Of a DNA stretch of 64,000 nucleotides, positions 61,837-64,000 are shown in pieces. The translations under genes and the position numbers were made by a program. The notes under the pieces are model-generated. The model ran no database searches. It had not been told where the DNA came from and worked only from the letters and a program-made list of their open reading frames with translations. How positions within the stretch are numbered: the stretch's first letter is position 1; the number at the start of each line of letters is the position of its first letter. The DNA lies in NCBI GenBank assembly GCA_965214775.1, contig OZ243974.1, forward strand, positions 576,001 through 640,000, read 5' to 3'. The stretch is from Nitrosopumilus sp. GTDB lineage: Archaea; Thermoproteota; Nitrososphaeria; Nitrososphaerales; Nitrosopumilaceae.

Positions 61837-62310
61837 TCACTGGACGCGTACCGTCGACAGCTCGCTCAGCATGCTGCCGCCCGTCGTGTTGCCGCGCACT
61901 ACGATGGACAGGTCCTGCCCGTAGGTCAGCGCAATGTCGTTGCCGTCCGAATCCACAATCTTCTCGTATCCGGATGCAGTGACGCCGGGCTCCAGCGGGG
62001 AGGGGTCTATGTCCATCACGAACGGCTGAAGTCCCGCCGTGTTGGCGTCCGTATCGACCAGCACGTCGACTGCAACGGAGATGATTGCGCTGGTTCCCAC
62101 GTTTCGTATGCTGGCAGATATGTACGACTCCTCGCCGACCTTCTGCACGAATACCTTGCGCAGCGATATGGAGTCCGCAGTCGTCTGTATCTCGAATATG
62201 TCGCTTGCAAAGGCAAACAGTATCCCGGCAAATATGATTACGATGCCGATTATCATTGCCACCTGCATCAGGCCGCTTATTCCGCGCCTCTTCTTTGATG
62301 ATGTGATCAT
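61837..62310 (-). CDS. Archaeal type IV pilin
   Basis: Class III signal KKRRG|ISGLMQVAMIIG; IRNVG; LEPG. Confidence 0.85.
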   Translation of the reverse strand: MITSSKKRRGISGLMQVAMIIGIVIIFAGILFAFASDIFEIQTTADSISLRKVFVQKVGEESYISASIRNVGTSAIISVAVDVLVDTDANTAGLQPFVMDIDPSPLEPGVTASGYEKIVDSDGNDIALTYGQDLSIVVRGNTTGGSMLSELSTVRVQ

Positions 62311-62387
62311 TGCAGTACAAGGCCCGGCCGCATAAAAGGCCGGTTGCTCCCCCATGTGCGTTTTATGCGCCGGCACCATTGTGTTAC

Positions 62388-64000
62388 ATGCTGGGACACA
62401 GGGGCGCAATCATCATCCCGGTCTCCGCCATGATCCTGGCATCGCTGATTCTCAACAGGCCGTATGTCTTTGCCGCGCTTGCCGGAGTCCTGCTACCGGT
62501 GCTGCTGTGGGATGTGATATGCAGGACAAGGCTCGTGCGGATGCCGGCAGAGCCCATCAGGTTCCGCATACGCGCCAGGGATCTGAGGCCCGACGCGCTG
62601 GCATCGGTGTTCGGGCCCGTCCTTGACTGGGCGCCCGTGCAGAGGGCGCGGGACAGGATGGAGCGGAATCTCAGGCCCCACATCCTGAGATCCGGCTCCG
62701 CCCGGAATCCGCGCATACTGGGAGGCAGGAGCGTCCTGTACCCGCTTGCGGCCGCAGTCGTGACCGTACCTGCGGGGATCGTGCTTGCCGTATACGTTGA
62801 TGTGGCGTTTCTTGCCGTATCCCTTGCGTCGCCCCTCTTTGCAGGCGTGTACTTTGTGACGCTCCGCATAAGGGCCGCAGAGCGGAGCTCCGATACCACC
62901 GAGGAGCTTGCAAGCTTTGCTGTTCTTGCCGGAATCATGGAGTCGGTAAACGTTCCGATGTTCTCGACTATGCTCATGCTTGCAGAATCCCCCTCCGCCG
63001 TCTTTGCCGTGATGAGGAGGGAGGGGCGCAGGATAAGGAACCTCATGGTACTGGGAAGAAGCCCGACAGAGGCGCTGCTGGAACTGTCGGACTCGCATCC
63101 GAACACGGAGTTTCGCGACTTTGTGACGGGGTACGTCTCGGCGTTCAACACGGGGGGATCGGATACGGCAGGATACCTGCACGAGCAGGCAAACAGGTTC
63201 TTCCGCCAGGTTCAGTTCCGCATGACATCGTACGCAAGGCAGGCAGACATCATCTCCCAGGTCGTCCTTACCGTGATGATGCTGCTCCCCATGATGGGGC
63301 TGTCCATGACGTTCTTCTCGTCCGGACACCTGGCAGGTACGATGACGCTTCTGATGATAGCAGTCTTTCCGTTTGCCGCCGCGGTGATGGTGGCGTTCGT
63401 GCACGCCAAGCAGCCCAGAAGCAGGGATCGCATCAGGGTCTCGTGGGTAATATTTCCGGCAGGTGCCTGCTGCGCGGTCATGGTGTATCTTGCAGGGATG
63501 CAGGCCTGGGAGGCGGCAGGCGCGGGCGTCGTGGCATCCTCGCTGCTCAATTACATACTGACAAGGAGGCGGTTTGCGGAGATCTGGGGTATGGACGGGA
63601 CGCTGCCCGAATTCATGCGGCGCCTCACCAGGCTCAGAAACGTGGGCTTTGATATCATACGTGCAATCAGGACCATCCGCGCCGAGGCCGCCGCGCGCGA
63701 AAGGGGGAACGGGGCGTTTTACGCTGTACTAGACGGCATATGCAGGAGGGTCTCGGCGGGGGGCTCCCTCGGGGACGCGGTGGGCAGGGCGGACATCGCA
63801 TCATGGAACGCGCGGCTGGTCTTCTTCATCCTGGGCAGGATCAACGAGTCAGGCGGCGGCACGGCCAAGACTACAAGCGACCTTGCGTACTGGATAGCGC
63901 AGTACCACGAGGCGCGCAGGGAGATGATCTCGTCGCTGCGCTCATCGCTGGTCACGGCGCTCGTGGGCCCCGTGCTGATGGTCATGATGATGACGGTATC
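62388..64000 (+). CDS. TadC/FlaJ-like T2SS-F membrane platform protein (runs off the window)
   Basis: Read manually from MLGHRG; EELASFA..G.SPTEALLELSDSHP..F..Y..GG; multiple TM helices. Confidence 0.85.
   Translation, partial: MLGHRGAIIIPVSAMILASLILNRPYVFAALAGVLLPVLLWDVICRTRLVRMPAEPIRFRIRARDLRPDALASVFGPVLDWAPVQRARDRMERNLRPHILRSGSARNPRILGGRSVLYPLAAAVVTVPAGIVLAVYVDVAFLAVSLASPLFAGVYFVTLRIRAAERSSDTTEELASFAVLAGIMESVNVPMFSTMLMLAESPSAVFAVMRREGRRIRNLMVLGRSPTEALLELSDSHPNTEFRDFVTGYVSAFNTGGSDTAGYLHEQANRFFRQVQFRMTSYARQADIISQVVLTVMMLLPMMGLSMTFFSSGHLAGTMTLLMIAVFPFAAAVMVAFVHAKQPRSRDRIRVSWVIFPAGACCAVMVYLAGMQAWEAAGAGVVASSLLNYILTRRRFAEIWGMDGTLPEFMRRLTRLRNVGFDIIRAIRTIRAEAAARERGNGAFYAVLDGICRRVSAGGSLGDAVGRADIASWNARLVFFILGRINESGGGTAKTTSDLAYWIAQYHEARREMISSLRSSLVTALVGPVLMVMMMTV

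Noticed and set aside
62384-63985. Minus-strand ORFs
   Set aside because: Antisense to the TadC/FlaJ-like gene that the ORF track missed because it runs off the window

Overview
Accessory island of an archaeal genome, most likely Nitrososphaeria/Thaumarchaeota, judged from a CFI-box-CTERM surface protein, a thaumarchaeal-type tyrosine integrase, class-III pilins and a TFB homologue. The right half (~34.1-64 kb) is the GC-rich backbone of an integrative conjugative element (ICE). It encodes an origin/iteron/AbrB module, a VirD4-like coupling protein with a C-terminal wHTH/nuclease-like domain, a ParM-like actin, a prepilin peptidase, ParB-like and TFB-like genes, VirB6/VirB4/VirB2/PrgI-like genes, and type IV pilins with a secretion ATPase and TadC/FlaJ. 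AT-rich cargo, IS481 and IS110 interrupt this backbone. The left half is a defence/cargo region with HNH, integrase, RelE TA, surface proteins, an IS6-like transposase, AlbA_2, an MBL+TM cassette, AIPR, and a Schlafen(AlbA_2)-APAZ plus short Argonaute operon. At least five MITE families are scattered across the window. The most notable observations are: (1) the Schlafen-APAZ/short pAgo system; (2) an intact tRNA gene with UAU anticodon, long variable arm and G73 placed between an AbrB gene and an IS6-like transposase; (3) a tandem array of relic ICE end modules, each with a conserved hairpin core but its own iteron set and, in two cases, its own AbrB protein, suggesting an AbrB/ParM partition or oriT system; (4) a G11 tract that puts a surface protein's signal peptide out of frame; (5) a membrane-receptor-like Mrr nuclease. 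All family calls come from motif recognition by eye; no searches were run.
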